DNA of 49,102 nt, filler included, from Streblomastix strix (lineage: Eukaryota): NCBI GenBank assembly GCA_008636045.1. It is 3 parts of 3 records of this genome, joined end to end, with 100 filler letters (N's around TTAATTAATTAA, not from the genome) between each part and the next. Parts side by side here need not be neighbours in the genome. Positions count along the whole stretch, not along the records: positions 1 to 16,302 come from SNRW01000841.1; 2 more parts are not named here. One strand, given 5' to 3'. The position numbers and the translations under genes are program-made. A model generated the notes under the pieces. It was not told where the DNA came from. It did not search any database and saw nothing but the letters and a program-made list of their open reading frames with translations. Shown in pieces: positions 1 to 13,866 of the stretch. Every line of letters starts with the position of its first letter. Position 1 is the first letter of the stretch.

Positions 1-260
1 ACACCTCTTTTGCCTTAAAAGTTTCACCTGATTGGCAAAAATCGAATAGTGGAAAAAATAAATATACAAAGAACGATGCCTATGGTCCTACCTCTATCAA
101 TAATTTGAAATTGAGGTTGGATTAGAAAGTCTTCTTTGACATTATATATTCATTCATTCATTTATTCATTCATTCATTTATTTATTTATTTATTTTCTAT
201 TATTAAATCATTTTTCTTATTTATTTTATTATTATTTGTAATTCTACAGACCGAGAGGTT
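1..260 (+). CDS. 3' part of an unidentified intron-containing gene, truncated by the contig start
   Basis: Open frame TSFALKVSPDWQKSNSGKNKYTKNDAYGPTSINNLKL, then a GT (116) ... TACAG (249) intron containing a TTCA/TTTA microsatellite. The end of the gene was not resolved. Confidence 0.3.
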
Positions 261-1064
261 AATCAATCATATTTATTATTTGGTATGAAATGAATTTTTA
301 TAAACTTTTTTAATAAACATTGAAATGCTATATCTAAGGATTAAAATTAATAATATTATTTTGTATCTTTTTCCAAATAGCATAAAATAATCGAAAATTA
401 ATTTTTCCATTCAATCTCAGACAGCAAAGAAAATAATTAATTTTTCTTTGTTCATTTTTAAGATTGTAACATTTATTAATTAATTAATTAAATAATAAAT
501 TCTTTTTTTTTCTTTTATTATTATTATTATTTTTATTATTATTATTGTTTATTTATTTATTTATCCTTTCAGTTTTATTCAAATTAATTTAATAGATTGA
601 ATATCAAAGTATGAATAAATATATATTTGAATTATTAAGAATATTGCTGCTTTAACCAAAGATACTTTTCATAATTTAAAGCTACCTCTTGGCAAGCAGC
701 ATAGATTTATTAAAATTTTAATATTTTTACACAATCAACCAATACAAAATAAACTATTCATTTTATTTTGATAAATAATGAATTGTGATATCATAATTTT
801 GTTTTACATCTATTATTATGATATTTATTATTATAAAATAATTTTTTTTTCTTTTAAATTAATATTTACAGGGTGGAGAATAATTTTTTCTTTTTTGCAA
901 TTCTTCTTTTTTTAAAGATAGACATCTTTCCTAATACAAATAGATTTATATTATGATTGATAATTACTATTTATTTTCAGTACTAATAAATATGTATAGA
1001 TTACATGTTGATAGTGTATTTTTAAAATATTTTGAAATGGAATAGAAAAGAAGAATTTATTATT

Positions 1065-2769
1065 TCATCTTCGTGCTTTTCTTCTCGCCCTTCCTCTTGC
1101 TTATTTCTTAGGTTTTGGCATTGGAAGAGCGTATAATATTTAATCTTCATCATTCTATGCAGCTAATCTAGCAGCTACTTTAGGAGTAACTTTCTTAGCT
1201 TTATTTAATGCAGCCTGTGCTTTTGCTTCTTTCTTAGCTTTTGCACGTTGTTAAGCCAATGCACGTTTAGCAGCATATAATTCTGCTTTATTATCTCCAA
1301 TTGTATTCAACTTAGCTTCTTAGAAACCAGGATGTAATTAGTGCCATTCTTTAACTGCATCTTCTCTGGCCTTCTTTACTCTTTCTTCATCTTCTTTGGC
1401 TGAATTTTCATATAAAGGACAAAATTTAGGACCTGATTTTGCATTGGAATATCCCACTGGTGCAATATTATGGACTCTATTGGCAGCTTGTTAGAATAAA
1501 ATCATTAAATAAATAAGTAATAATCAAATAAATTAGTTAAGTAAGAAGAAATAAATATGTAAATATTATATGTTATTTAATATTCATATTGGAGGATCTT
1601 TGAAGTGATCATAAGGTTTCTTCGGATCAAGTGGCATTCTACAATTATAACAAAGAGCAGCTCCACAACTACAGGTTAATTTATTGCATCTAAAAATAGA
1701 GAATAAAATTTCAAATACAAATCAAATAATAATACTTATTAATATTAATAGTAATAATAACAATTAATATTATTTTAAATTATTATATACCCTTCTTCCT
1801 TGATCAGCTCTTTTTAGCATTTTGGGCATATTCTGATCGCAGCAGCAGACATTCTCTATTCAACAAACTTTCTCAACTATTCTTCTCCAGATTCAATGTC
1901 TGTTACGCATTTCATTGGAATGTGACTTATTTTTTTACATTTTCAACAGGAAACCGCTAAGCATCTAGGATTTCGACAGCGAAATTCAGTATCGAATTCA
2001 TTTTCTATTATTTCCTGAATTTTTTATATAAAGATATTTCAAAAATATTAAAGTATAATTATATATGAAACACCTTGTAATCACAGAATGGACATTCGCT
2101 TAAACCTTTTACTTTATTCAATATATTCAGATTATCTCCCAAACGTAATTTATCCAATCTAAACATATCATCCTCAGATAAACATGCTAATAGCACACTT
2201 TCATTGTATGCACCCTTACAATCAGCTTCAGCTGCACAACTAACTGTAACTCTTCCATTCTCCATACCAGCACATACCATCTATTTCACACATGACTTAC
2301 ATATAAGATGTCCATTCTAATCACATTGCACTAATTCTTCACATGGGTAGTCACCAAAGCAACACGGACATTCAATGAATGATCCTCCAACTTATTAATA
2401 TTCTTATCGTAGTTTCTCAATATGCTTTTAATGCTATTATTCAAGTGCTTCTTATTCTTCAGCTGTTGCTCTTTTTGGGCCTTGTTTCTTTAATTTTGGA
2501 TAATTTTCTCCCATCTCGGCAATTTCATCTACTATTTTTTAGATGATATTATTTTCTTCGATGTTGTTCAGTATATTTTCGAGTAAGAAATCATCATCAA
2601 TGTCTGGAAAAACATTTTTAATATGATGAAACACTGCATCTATGTCAGAATTATCAGTTTGTCGTTCTTAATCCTATAGTGATTCTTATATTGCTTAACG
2701 AAAAGCCTCGTCATCTGTATCAATTTCTTAATTCATATCATTATGCTAAGCAAATTTAGCCATAGCCAT
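1065..2769 (-). CDS. RBR (RING-IBR-RING) E3 ubiquitin ligase, RNF216/TRIAD3-like, with N-terminal UIM/CUE-like segments; one in-frame TGA
   Basis: With TAR=Gln: RING1 ECPCCFGDYPCEELVQCDQNGHLICKSC; IBR ECPFCDYK...FRCRNPRCLAVSC*KCKKISHIPMKC; RING2 [32 protein letters not shown]...YDHF; then FCPLY..EDEERV. Introns at 2015-2073 and 1690-1790 are GT-AG; 1491-1589 is non-canonical. Terminal TGA at 1065-1067. Confidence 0.85.
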
Positions 2770-3349
2770 TATTCTGCAGATGAAAAAGATGAATTAAAAT
2801 AAAATAATTAAAAAAAAATACTAATTTATATTTATGCGAATTTATTATTTGAAAGTTGGTAATACTATACAATTTTAATAATATTAAATAATAGAATGAT
2901 ATATGTACGATAAAAAATTAACTATCAAAGCTTATTTATCTTATTAGTTTGAGGAGAAAATCAAATAATTTATATTGAAAATTAAATTCGCTTTAGTGTG
3001 TAAATAAATATGTTAAACAAAAATAAAAGAATAAGAAATAATGTAGAATAATATTTTGAAATGAAATTAAATTATAATAGTCAAATAGTAGGCTCGTTGC
3101 AGCGAAAAAGCGAGCAATTTAAAAAGAAATTATTTTTTTTATTTTCTAATCCAAGGTTTTTATTTGGTTTTATTTTAGAAAATTTTAGTTGATATGCAGT
3201 AAATAAACATTAAACAAAACTTTATTTTATACAGAGATTAGCGCAGATTTGAGAACACCAAAACTAAATTTTTTAAAAAAAAAAACGTTTCCACTCAAAA
3301 AGCCAATTTATTGCCAATGTATGAAATGAAAACCAAATGCAATCATTTT

Positions 3350-4984
3350 TCAACCTCGCCAACTATGTAATTAGATGAATATTAACAAGGAATTAGTAAA
3401 AAAAAAGAAATCATACATCCTTAAAGCTCGGTCTTTTCCACCTGAGCAAACACGTTCTCCATTAGGACTCCAATCAACAACATAAACTGCATCACTATGC
3501 CCAGGCAAGTCTTATAAGAGTTGCTTCTTCGCAAATTCCCACACTTTCCCTGTAGAATCTTCACTGCAACTGACAATCAATCGCGAATCTGCAGACCATC
3601 GAACTTAATAAACTCTTCCAACATGTCCTCGTAGTGTTGATATGGGTCTACCACTTATGCCATCCCATAACATTATTGTCTTGTCAAATGAAGCAGATGC
3701 AATATATCTCCCATCAGGTGAGAAAGCAACAGAATTCACAACTCCATTATGTCTTTTGAACTTACTTATTGGTTAATGAGGTGATCTTGGATCCCAAAGA
3801 CATAATGTGAAGTCATCACTGCCTGTTAATACTCTTTCTGGAGCAGTTACAAACAATGATGCTGCTTCTTGTGGAGAAATAATAGATTTAGATGTTTTAA
3901 TCTTCTTATCTTTCTTCTTTGTTTAATCTCCTGCTTATAACATAATCTCTAATTTATTAAATGCAGCTTCTTGTGCATCAATTGGATCTTCAGGTCTAAT
4001 GCCCATCTCGTCAAATGCACCAACTCTTAACACAAAATCAGTATTCAATGCCATTGTATTAACCCAATGTGAATGAGTATTACCCTTTCCAAGTTAGTCA
4101 ATACGTTATCCAGTGAAACTATCCCATAAATATACATTCCCATCTTGACTACCTGAATATATCCTACCTGAACATCCCCATAATGCACATGTAACTGAAC
4201 TCTTATGCCCAGAAAGTGTGAATTATTCTCTTTACAAAACAGAATCCCATATTTTAATTGTTTAGTCTTTTGATCCACTCAATAATCTTCTACATTCATA
4301 ATTTATATGAAATGGTTCCCAAGCTGTACATGTAATCCATTTAATATGACTCTTAAGAGTACCCAAAACTTTACCATCTCTATCCCATACTTTAAGAATG
4401 CCACTTTTATCTCCACTTACAAACTTCTTTGCATCTGAACTCCAATTAATACTCAGAATATCATCTAAATGACCAACACAGCTTTTAAGATGCAGTTCTG
4501 TATTCATATCCCATAAATGAATGGATCCTTTTCCTGCTCCACTCGCTATTAGAATACCATCTGGACTGAATTATGCACAAAGAATGGCTGAATCGTGTGC
4601 TGTTAATTCTGCACTGCATCTTCTAACTGGTGCAACACGGAAGAGCGCTTATGGGAGATATACAACTTAGACAGTCTACTCCACATTTGTAATCTTAGCT
4701 TATTATAGTACTTCAGAAAGTGTATTTTACATCTCTGATCCACCAACCCAGAATGAATAAGGCATTGCTTCATTCTGAATGAAATATTAATTGAAAACAA
4801 ATATAATATAACGGTATTAAGAAATTGTTCATACATTTCCAAGAGTTTAATTAAGAAGGATAGCAAGTTATGTACGAGTTGAATTAAGAGGCACGCTTAC
4901 AGCACTTCCCGCTGTTATGCCTTCACTAGAAGTAAATTCTACTATAGCATGCTGATTTTCTGTATCATTATTTACTTCTTCCAT
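3350..4984 (-). CDS. NLE1: Notchless / Rsa4 ribosome-assembly WD40 protein
   Basis: N-terminal NLE domain (VEFTSSEG...VPLNST..QL..LLN; PYSFWV) and WD40 repeats with NLE1-type text ([64 protein letters not shown]...GKDRALRIWRG*). GT-AG introns at about 4774-4834 and 3363-3416. Confidence 0.93.
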
Positions 4985-5736
4985 TATTTATTTATTACTA
5001 AAATATTAAAAAAATGTTAAATAATAAAATGTTAAAAAATACAAATAAAGAACAGATCGAAATGTAAATCGAAGTTCTGTGAAAAAAAAATTAATTCGAT
5101 ATTATTACCGATCTATTTAATGGATTGATAAATTATTGATTAATATATAAGAAAATTATCAAGATAAATATAAAATGAATAGTTTAATTTAGGCTTTATT
5201 AGATCATAAAGCAGAAAATATTATTTTTATTTATTTTCATTTTACTAGCGTCCAAATATAGTAAAAATCAAATAAATGTAATAATAATACAATAAATGCC
5301 TATTTAATTCGATTAAAATAGGCTGATATTCAATTAAAAGAGTATCTGTGGATTAAAAATTACTGCAATTTATCTCTGTTCGAAAGAATTTGTAACTTTA
5401 AAGGAACATTGAATTATATACATGCCATATTTATCAACCGAATATATATAGCTGTACTCTTTTTATTAGGTGATTGGACATAAAGACTTTTCCGTCAATT
5501 TTCTGTCAGAACCATCAATTAAAATAAGTATAATATTTACTTATTCAATTTTCAATATTATGTTAAAACCTTTTTAATTTATCTAATACATTTCATCATA
5601 AATTTTGAATAGAATTAACCCGCTCAAAAATAAAAATGAAAGAATGCATTTTTCTACGTTATTCATACATTTAAAATTATATTTATATAAAAATCTTTAA
5701 ATTTATATTATTATATTTTATTAATAGCATTTGCAA

Positions 5737-8700
5737 ATGTAATCATAAGCAATTGACCTCCTGAAAAATGAATATAAAATACAAAAAATCGTTGAAAAGC
5801 TGATTTAACACCCACTGAATGGAGAATTGAGCGAAGCAGTGAGAACAGGTGAACTATTAAGATTTATATAGATTTTATTACCTAAATAAACTCTTCATTA
5901 CAATGAAAATGCCCAAGACATGATCCATAAAATGGAAAATGTTGATATATTCAATTCAAAGTGTACAGAACTCTTTGGAATCCCCGAATAATTATAAATT
6001 ACAAGAATTCTAAGCGATTAAAAACTGTCTTTGAGTTAAGTAATACGCATTCTATAAGAAGTGATATAACGAGCTAAAGAAAAAGGGTTTTATTATTATT
6101 ATAATTATTTAATGTATTTATGTTAGATTAATATTATTTTTGTTATAACAAAGGATTTTATCTGACAATGATATTAACTTAGACATTTAATTCCCTTCAT
6201 TTTCATCAGAATAAATATAAAGAGCTATATAAATAATAAAAGAAGAGAATGAAGGAGAAGATAATATTCAGAAATAGAAAGAATTTGAAGAGAAAATGAA
6301 TCTTCAGGATTTTGCAGAATTTAATTCATTCCCACAATAAGAGAGTTATATTCAATAACCAATTGGAATATAAACAATATAATAATCAACATCACCAGTT
6401 CCATCTAATGAATAACATTAAAGATAATTGAGTACAACATCACAACTCATTTCAAGACCTCAAATTAATTAGTCCATTTATGCACAATAATCTTCATTTC
6501 AGCATTAATCTTCATAATCTTAATTATAATCTCAATTTATTCAATAATAATAACAATAGTAAACATCATCTCTATTCCCAAAGAAACAAATAAATAAATC
6601 AGAATTGCCATTTGACAAGATTAGATACACACCATTGAAAGCATTTAGATAATAATTAGGAAATAGAGGAAGAATGAAAGCAAGACAAATTAATATAAAT
6701 TAATTATTGTAATAAGAATAGAAAATAAAGAAGAAGAAAGAAAAAGAAAAAATGATGCTGAAGAATAAGGAAATAATTGAGCAATAAATTAGGATGAATA
6801 ATGACAGGATAATAAGTCAATAATAACCTACTCTTCTAAACTAGAGATAAGATATAATTAATTTATAGAGTTAAATAACTAATAAATAAGAATATAACTA
6901 ATAATAAGTATTTAATGAAAATATAAAGAAGAGGGAAACAATAATAAAAGACTAATTAAATTATTATTAATAAAATAAGATCAAGTAAATAATTCATAGA
7001 TTCCACAGGCCACCATTTAATAGACTTCATTTGAGTATAGAAGAATTATTATTTGGAATTAATTTATAATCATTATTGAATTAATAGTAATAATTTGATA
7101 ATAAATAAAACTAAATTCAATTTTCACATACTCCTAAGCATTTCATAAAACATCTTTGTGGATTGAGTGCAATTGCTTCTATTTCATTACTTGATAAATT
7201 AAATACTCTTTCTCTTAATTCATAAAATTATATTAATTAACTTCAATTATAGTAGTAGTAATAATAATAATAAATAGAATAATAATAAATAGAATAATAA
7301 TAATTAATTCAATAACAATAATAAATTCAATAATAATAATTAATTTAATAATAATCAACAAAATAATAATTTAGTTCTTTAATTCCACAATCTCTCACTT
7401 CTTAAACTTTAAAATAAATAAGTTTAAAACCAGATATCATTTCATTAAGAAAGAATTTATCATATAATAATATTAATAATATTAACAATCCTGTTAAAGA
7501 TAAATAATAATAGGATAATGCAGAATATAAGACAGAATATGATAATAATGATGAATTGAGTCTGAGCGAAGAAGAATATAGTGAACAGGATGATGGAAGT
7601 TAGAGTGAATCATCTTCTTAATCTTCTAGTGGAAGTGATAATGCTATTACAGATAGATAAAATATAAATAATAATACTAACATGAATATTAAAGTGAAAT
7701 AGTAAAATCAAAGACAATAATAAGGAAATATAAAAACAAATGAAAATGAAAATAAAAATAATATGAATCCTGCATCAAAATAGAATATCAATGCAAACAA
7801 TTAATCAATTGAATATAAATATGGAGAATAAAAAGAAAGAAAAGAAGATAAAGTTATGGACTAAAAATAGTAATACAAAACAGATTATATTCATCCTCGA
7901 CCTCATCCTCGTATTCACAATTAGAATCTTAATATTGATAATACAAATACAAATAATAATTTAGTATCTAAAGAAATAATAAGGAATGAAATAGGAAGAA
8001 TAAAACATGTATTTGATTCAGCTTTATTTGAAGAAGATGATGATGATGAACAAGATAATAATAATATCCCAATAAATGAAGATCCCATATTAAGAGACAG
8101 AAGAATATTCTTCCATAATCTTCCTTCAATCATTTCTTCTTTTCCATTTCTATCTCCTTCATTCACTCGTATTCATTCACATCCTTATTAATTATGGAAA
8201 GAATGGAGGTTTATGCTGAAGGAAGAAGATCAGGAGAAATACAATAAGGAGAAGTATATAAAGGATAAAGAGAAGAATAGATAGAAATATTAGTTTGAAT
8301 TGGATATAGTTGAATAGAAAATTGATTAGAATGAAGAAGAAGAAGAAAAATATGAAGAATTAATTGAAGAAGATAATATATAAGAAGAATAAAAATAAAT
8401 TGTTGAAGAAGAAAACCCAGAATAAAAATAAGAAAAAGAAAGAATAAAAGAACAATAACGTATTTAAAGAATAAATGAGTAATATTATAATGCATCTTAA
8501 TCCAAAATTAATTATTTATTCCCACCACTTCCTATTATTCAATTCTCATTTGTATTCAGTAAATAACAAATTAAAGAATAATAATTCAAATTTCGTAATC
8601 ATATCAATTTCTATTAACAAATAAATCCTTTTATATAATCACTTACCAAAATAAGAATAAACAATAAAGCATAGAAATATAGAGAAATAAAAGAATTAAT

Positions 8701-11700
8701 CAGAAATGGAGAAATGAGTATAAAAAAGAATATAAATAAATTTGTTAGAGTGAGAATGAATAGAAAAGAAGAAGAAGAGTATGATAATGAGATTGAAGAA
8801 TAAAATGAAATTAAATTAAAAGACTAATAAATTAAGAGGAGTAAAAGTTTTATTAATTATTAAGGATCAGAAATGGATTCATTTGTAAAAACAAAGTATA
8901 GAAATTCATTTAATTTCAATAATAGTTTATTCAACAATAATTATAATGATTATTCTTTAAATTAATATTTGAATAATGATAGTTTTAGCATTTTCTAAAT
9001 TCATTAAATTAATCAATAATAAATATAAGATGATTCAATATAGAATATATAATTAATTAATTAATACTCAGAATATGATAATAACTTTGAACCAAAAGAA
9101 TAAATATAACAAGAATAAGAAAGTATAAAATATAACGAAATTAAAGAAGAAGAAAATAAGGAATTTAAAAAGAAGATATAATAAGATGAGAAGAAAAAAA
9201 ATAAAGAAGAAAGAAGATTATTGAAACAAAAACAGAAAGAATTAAAATAAATTGAAAATGAAAAGAAGAAGAAAGAAAAAGAATTGGAAAAAGAATAGAA
9301 GAAAAAATTAAAGGAATAAAATAAGTAATAATATAATAATAAAGAAATTGATTAGATAAAAGAGAATGATCAGTCAAATATTAGTAATGAATAACATTAA
9401 TAAGTTCAATTATTAACAATTAACGAAATTAATCAAAGAAAATCATAAATCAGGAAACCAAGACTATTCATAAATTAAAGTTGGATTGATTACAATATTG
9501 TCTCATAAGATGATAATAATGAAATAACAAATAACACTAACATCACTGATGAATAAAATATATTACCCCAACCATTATATATTCCATACACTAAACATTA
9601 TTCATCAACCCATCCTGATTCTGAAAGGAAGAGATTTGCATTGGATGTTTTGCGCGAGATTGAGAATCAGAAGGAAAATTAATAAAGAGAAGAAATACAG
9701 CAGAATCTGAAGTTATATTTATAATAGATGGAATAATAGCAGTCTTCACAATAGAATAATGATAATATGGGCATCAATAATCTATAAACGGATAGTAGTA
9801 ATTTGCACAAAAATAACAATAGTAAAATTAATAGTTTGGATAACAATAAAATTACAGATCTAACACAAAAACCACAAATAAAATAGAAACCCAAGATTTA
9901 ATCATAATCTTCATCAAAACCAAAATCCAAACTTTCTTCTATTTTAATTTCACTTCATTCTTCATTTCTCTCAAAGAATAAATTTTAATCATTTAATTAA
10001 ATTTTAGATTCATTTTTACTACAAAAGAAACAATATCTGATTAAAAAGAAATAATTCAATATTAACTTCTGGGAATACATGAGAGAAATAAATGATAGAT
10101 TGGAATTAATTAGGACCATCTATCCTGAAGATGATAATGGAAAAGTTAGTAAAGGAATCAATTTATAGATTACATCAATGATAAACAATAATTTGAATAT
10201 TAGGTAATAGGAATAGGAGAAAGTAAAGGAAATGGAGAAGTAAAATTAATAAATGCAAAAATCAGTAAAGAGAATTGATAATAAACTCAGTGAAACTAAT
10301 TAAGACAACTAAGTATTCTCCAAATAACTATTAATTAATACAAATAAGAACAAATAAATATAGGATTAATAATAATAGATATAATAAAAAGATAAAAAGA
10401 AGCAAAATTATATTTTAATAAATCCAGATATGAATTTATATTCAGATAATACTAATAATCTTTCTTAACATTCTTCATTAGCATCATTATAATCAAATTA
10501 ATTTTTTTCTTCTTAATCATCTCATAATTCATAATAATCTCAAACCAATATAAATGAATAGAAATAGAAGAGTTAAATTTCTTCATAATTGATATCCACA
10601 ATTAAAAATAACAATAATGAATTATTGAAATAAAATCAAACTCATTCTTTTTCTTTTTAATTCCCATCACAATCAACAAATTAAAAAATCCAATAAAAAT
10701 AATAAATAATTTAAACCATACAGCCTTAATAAACACAAACTAATAATAAGAAAGAATAAACAATTGAAAGATCTTAATCATCTCAATCATTGACATCTAT
10801 TGAAATTCATTCATAATTATCATAATAATAATCATCAAATTAACTACTCAATCTAACTCCAATAAATACTAACTACTCTACATTGATTAATTATTCATCC
10901 GAAATTCCTTATTTCCTTAGAATTGCCTGGAGAGCATGGATCGGATATAGATATTTAATAAGATTAAGTAGAATGGAATTTATTGAAAGATAGAAACACT
11001 AAATTATTAATTAGCAGAAATAAATGCAATTATAAAGATATAGGACGAAATAGTAATAATATAATATCCCACTTCCAAGCAGCTAGCTTTCAAGTATAGT
11101 TTAAATTTAAAGATTGAGATACATTCAATCAAATAAATCTAAACTTGAAAAACCAATGAATATTACCCCATAATAAATAAGGCATTAAACATCATCTTAA
11201 TCAATTTAAAGAACCAAATCTCCTTCATCCATTTCACTTAATGATACCTATTAATCTGTTAATAATTATAAGAATAATTAATACTTAAATTCAACAAATA
11301 GTAATTAAATATTGAATAAATCAATTATTAAAAATAATAAAACAGTTGAAATAGATGAATAGAGCGCAATTCTTGAAGGTATGATATAAACAATGAAATG
11401 GAAATAATGGATGAATGAAGAAGAAATTAAATTGATTATTCGAGAAGAAAGAGAATTGGAATTAAAAAAGAATTAGAAGATTATTAATGAATTATTCACA
11501 AGAGAAAGAATGATATAAGATACTTAACTTTAACTGCAATAATAGAATCGACAAACTCCAATCAATAATAATGTTTAACCTCCTTCAAATAGGAAAAGTT
11601 AATAACAAGAAAAATAAACAAACCTAGAAGAAAATGAAAAATCTAGTGCAGCGGAAAAAACAGGTAAATTGAATCATAAAATTCATTCATCATCTTCTGA

Positions 11701-11953
11701 TTCTCAATTGAATCAGATTAATAATCCAAAATTCAGTTAATCTATATAAAATTTACAAATATTTGATTAGAATTTGCAGAGAGATCCAACAACAACACCT
11801 TCAAAGACCACATCAAACATCAAAGAAAGAAGAAATACATCAATTTAAGATACTGATACATTTTTATAAGATGATGATAGTAATCTTGAATTGGCCTATT
11901 CAATGCCCGATTTAGATTTTATTTAATATCTCTCAAATACCTAATTTCTGTGA
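5737..11953 (+). CDS. Very large (~2000 aa) Q/N/E-rich protein with an N-terminal calponin-homology-like domain and a possible IQ-like motif
   Basis: LSEAVRTGELLRFIQILLP...KMENVDIFNSKCTELFGIP resembles a CH domain. One intron at about 6087-6152, then a long TAR=Gln frame ending in TGA at 11951-11953 (spot-checked, not every codon). LRIAWRAWIGYRYL lies near 10920. The start codon is uncertain. Confidence 0.7.
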
Positions 11954-12355
11954 AATATCAATTGTTTGTTAATCTCGTTAATAGTTTGATTTTATTTTTA
12001 GGAGTTAAATAAATTGTGTTAAAACAATTCAAAGATAGCAAGCGTGATATTTTTATTTAATTAATAAACTTAACTCAATATTTAATTATACATACATAAT
12101 CTAACGCAGGAAAACAAAAAAAAACAGAAAACCTTTACATAAAATACATTATTCAATTTAAATGTATTAATTTTCAGTGAAATTTACAATTATTGATATT
12201 ATTTTTTATTATTTATATTTTTGCTTAATAGAAGAGCAGCTAAACGGCAAAATGTTAAAAACAAAAAGAAAAACAGTTTGCGACCTTCCTTTACTTTTTA
12301 ATATCTTATTTTACAAAAATAAAATATAAATAAAATATAAATATAATTGTTTCAG

Positions 12356-13699
12356 ATGAGTATAAAGATTAAAATGATGCCAGATGATAACGAATCAGAG
12401 AACCTTCAGCGTGCGGTTTTTTTGAAAATTCCGCTAGGTGACATTCCTCACCAATTTGTGAATTTCAATCCAGGAAAATTCTTATTTCACCTCGATACTG
12501 AAGGGGCACCGATTCCACTATCAATTACAATGCCTTATCCAGAACATGTTGTAGTCGATCCCTCTCGCGCGCACTCTCGTCTCAAGAATGGGCAACTCTA
12601 GTCTGTTTTGCCAATCGTAGGGAATGTAGAGCAACTAAAAGCACTGTAGAAAATATAACAGAAGCCCAAATAATAAGATACGGAAACAGCTGTTTCATTA
12701 ACCCCATCAGTTGTTGATAGTGTTTATTTCACTTCTCATGGCTCACCATCAAGACCTAAAACGCCATTTGAAATATCTTCTAAGTAATAAGAATAAAATT
12801 AAGAATCTTACTATCAAACAATGTCTCCATTAAAGAAATTTCATCAATCATAAGAATTCTTCTCCTCAAATAATACATCCTTTTCACTGCAACTAAATTC
12901 CCATTCAACTTCTCCATCTCCAACACCAACGCCTTAATTAGATAATAATTCATTTCATACACCACTTATACATCCTCGGAATAGTATACAGTAGTTATTT
13001 GCATAATCTGGATAAGGAAATGATGATCCACATGAAATATTCTCCAGTCATAATCGGATTGATGGGAAGAAACATGATCTTTCACCTTAATAAGATAATT
13101 AAAATCTTTAAACACCACAAAATATATTCAATTCTCTTAATCAATCTAATTCTTCTAATCCAATTAATCAATCTAATTCATCTAATCCACTTAATCAATC
13201 TAATTTATCAAATCCACTTGTTCATCTTAATTCATCTCAATAATCTTTATTGCATTCTTCACCTTCTCCTTCATCAGCATTTATATCCTCATAGATACTT
13301 CATTCTGCAGGAATCACACCCCAATTACAATCTGCAATGAAGAAAAGATCTTCTCTGGGATTAATTTCCTCTCCTCTTAATTCATAAAACATTCCATAAA
13401 GTAACTCTCCTTCATTATCCTTATATACTCCTTCTCCACCTAGAAATAATCCTATTAATAATAACACAACTCATTCAACTGATTCTAAGCATCCAAGAGT
13501 ATCATTCTCAAAAGAAGCAGATATTGCTGTGAGAAAATCAGTATCATTCATTCAATTAAGAGTAGAATAAACATAAGGGTCGACTCCATCCATTCAGTAA
13601 TATGATAGAAAAAAGATACCCGTTTTATTTACATACAGAGAAGCCATGGAAGCTCCTTTAAGTGAACCAAGTGTTTTGGACAATGATACTCTACTTTGA
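12356..13699 (+). CDS. Hypothetical 447-aa protein with an N-terminal CS/HSP20-like beta-sandwich and an S/P/Q-rich tail
   Basis: Intronless ATG-to-TGA frame under TAR=Gln. FLKIPLGD...LSITMPYPEHVVVDPSRAHSRLKNGQLQSVLPI fits the CS/HSP20/PIH1-C pattern. Confidence 0.65.
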
Positions 13700-13866
13700 A
13701 ATAATTATGAATGAGCATTTCACGAGTTTTCACACTTCAAATCATTTCCCAAATAAAAATTTGTATATTTGTACAATCACAAAAATAATCTAAAATATTC
13801 AAACACTCACAGAAATAATATAATATTCTAACACACTCAAAATAAAATCAAAAAATATTAAGTTGA

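Noticed and set aside
1943..1945. TGA as selenocysteine in a Cys-rich domain
   Set aside because: The codon sits between the Zn-ligand cysteines (C-x-K-C) rather than at a Cys position, and no SECIS element was recognised.
7921..9894. Hydrophobic minus-strand ORFs in the track (also 18518-18844, 34745-34927, and 29203-29406 on +) that look like membrane proteins
   Set aside because: They are antisense shadows of E/K/Q-rich coding sequence on the opposite strand.
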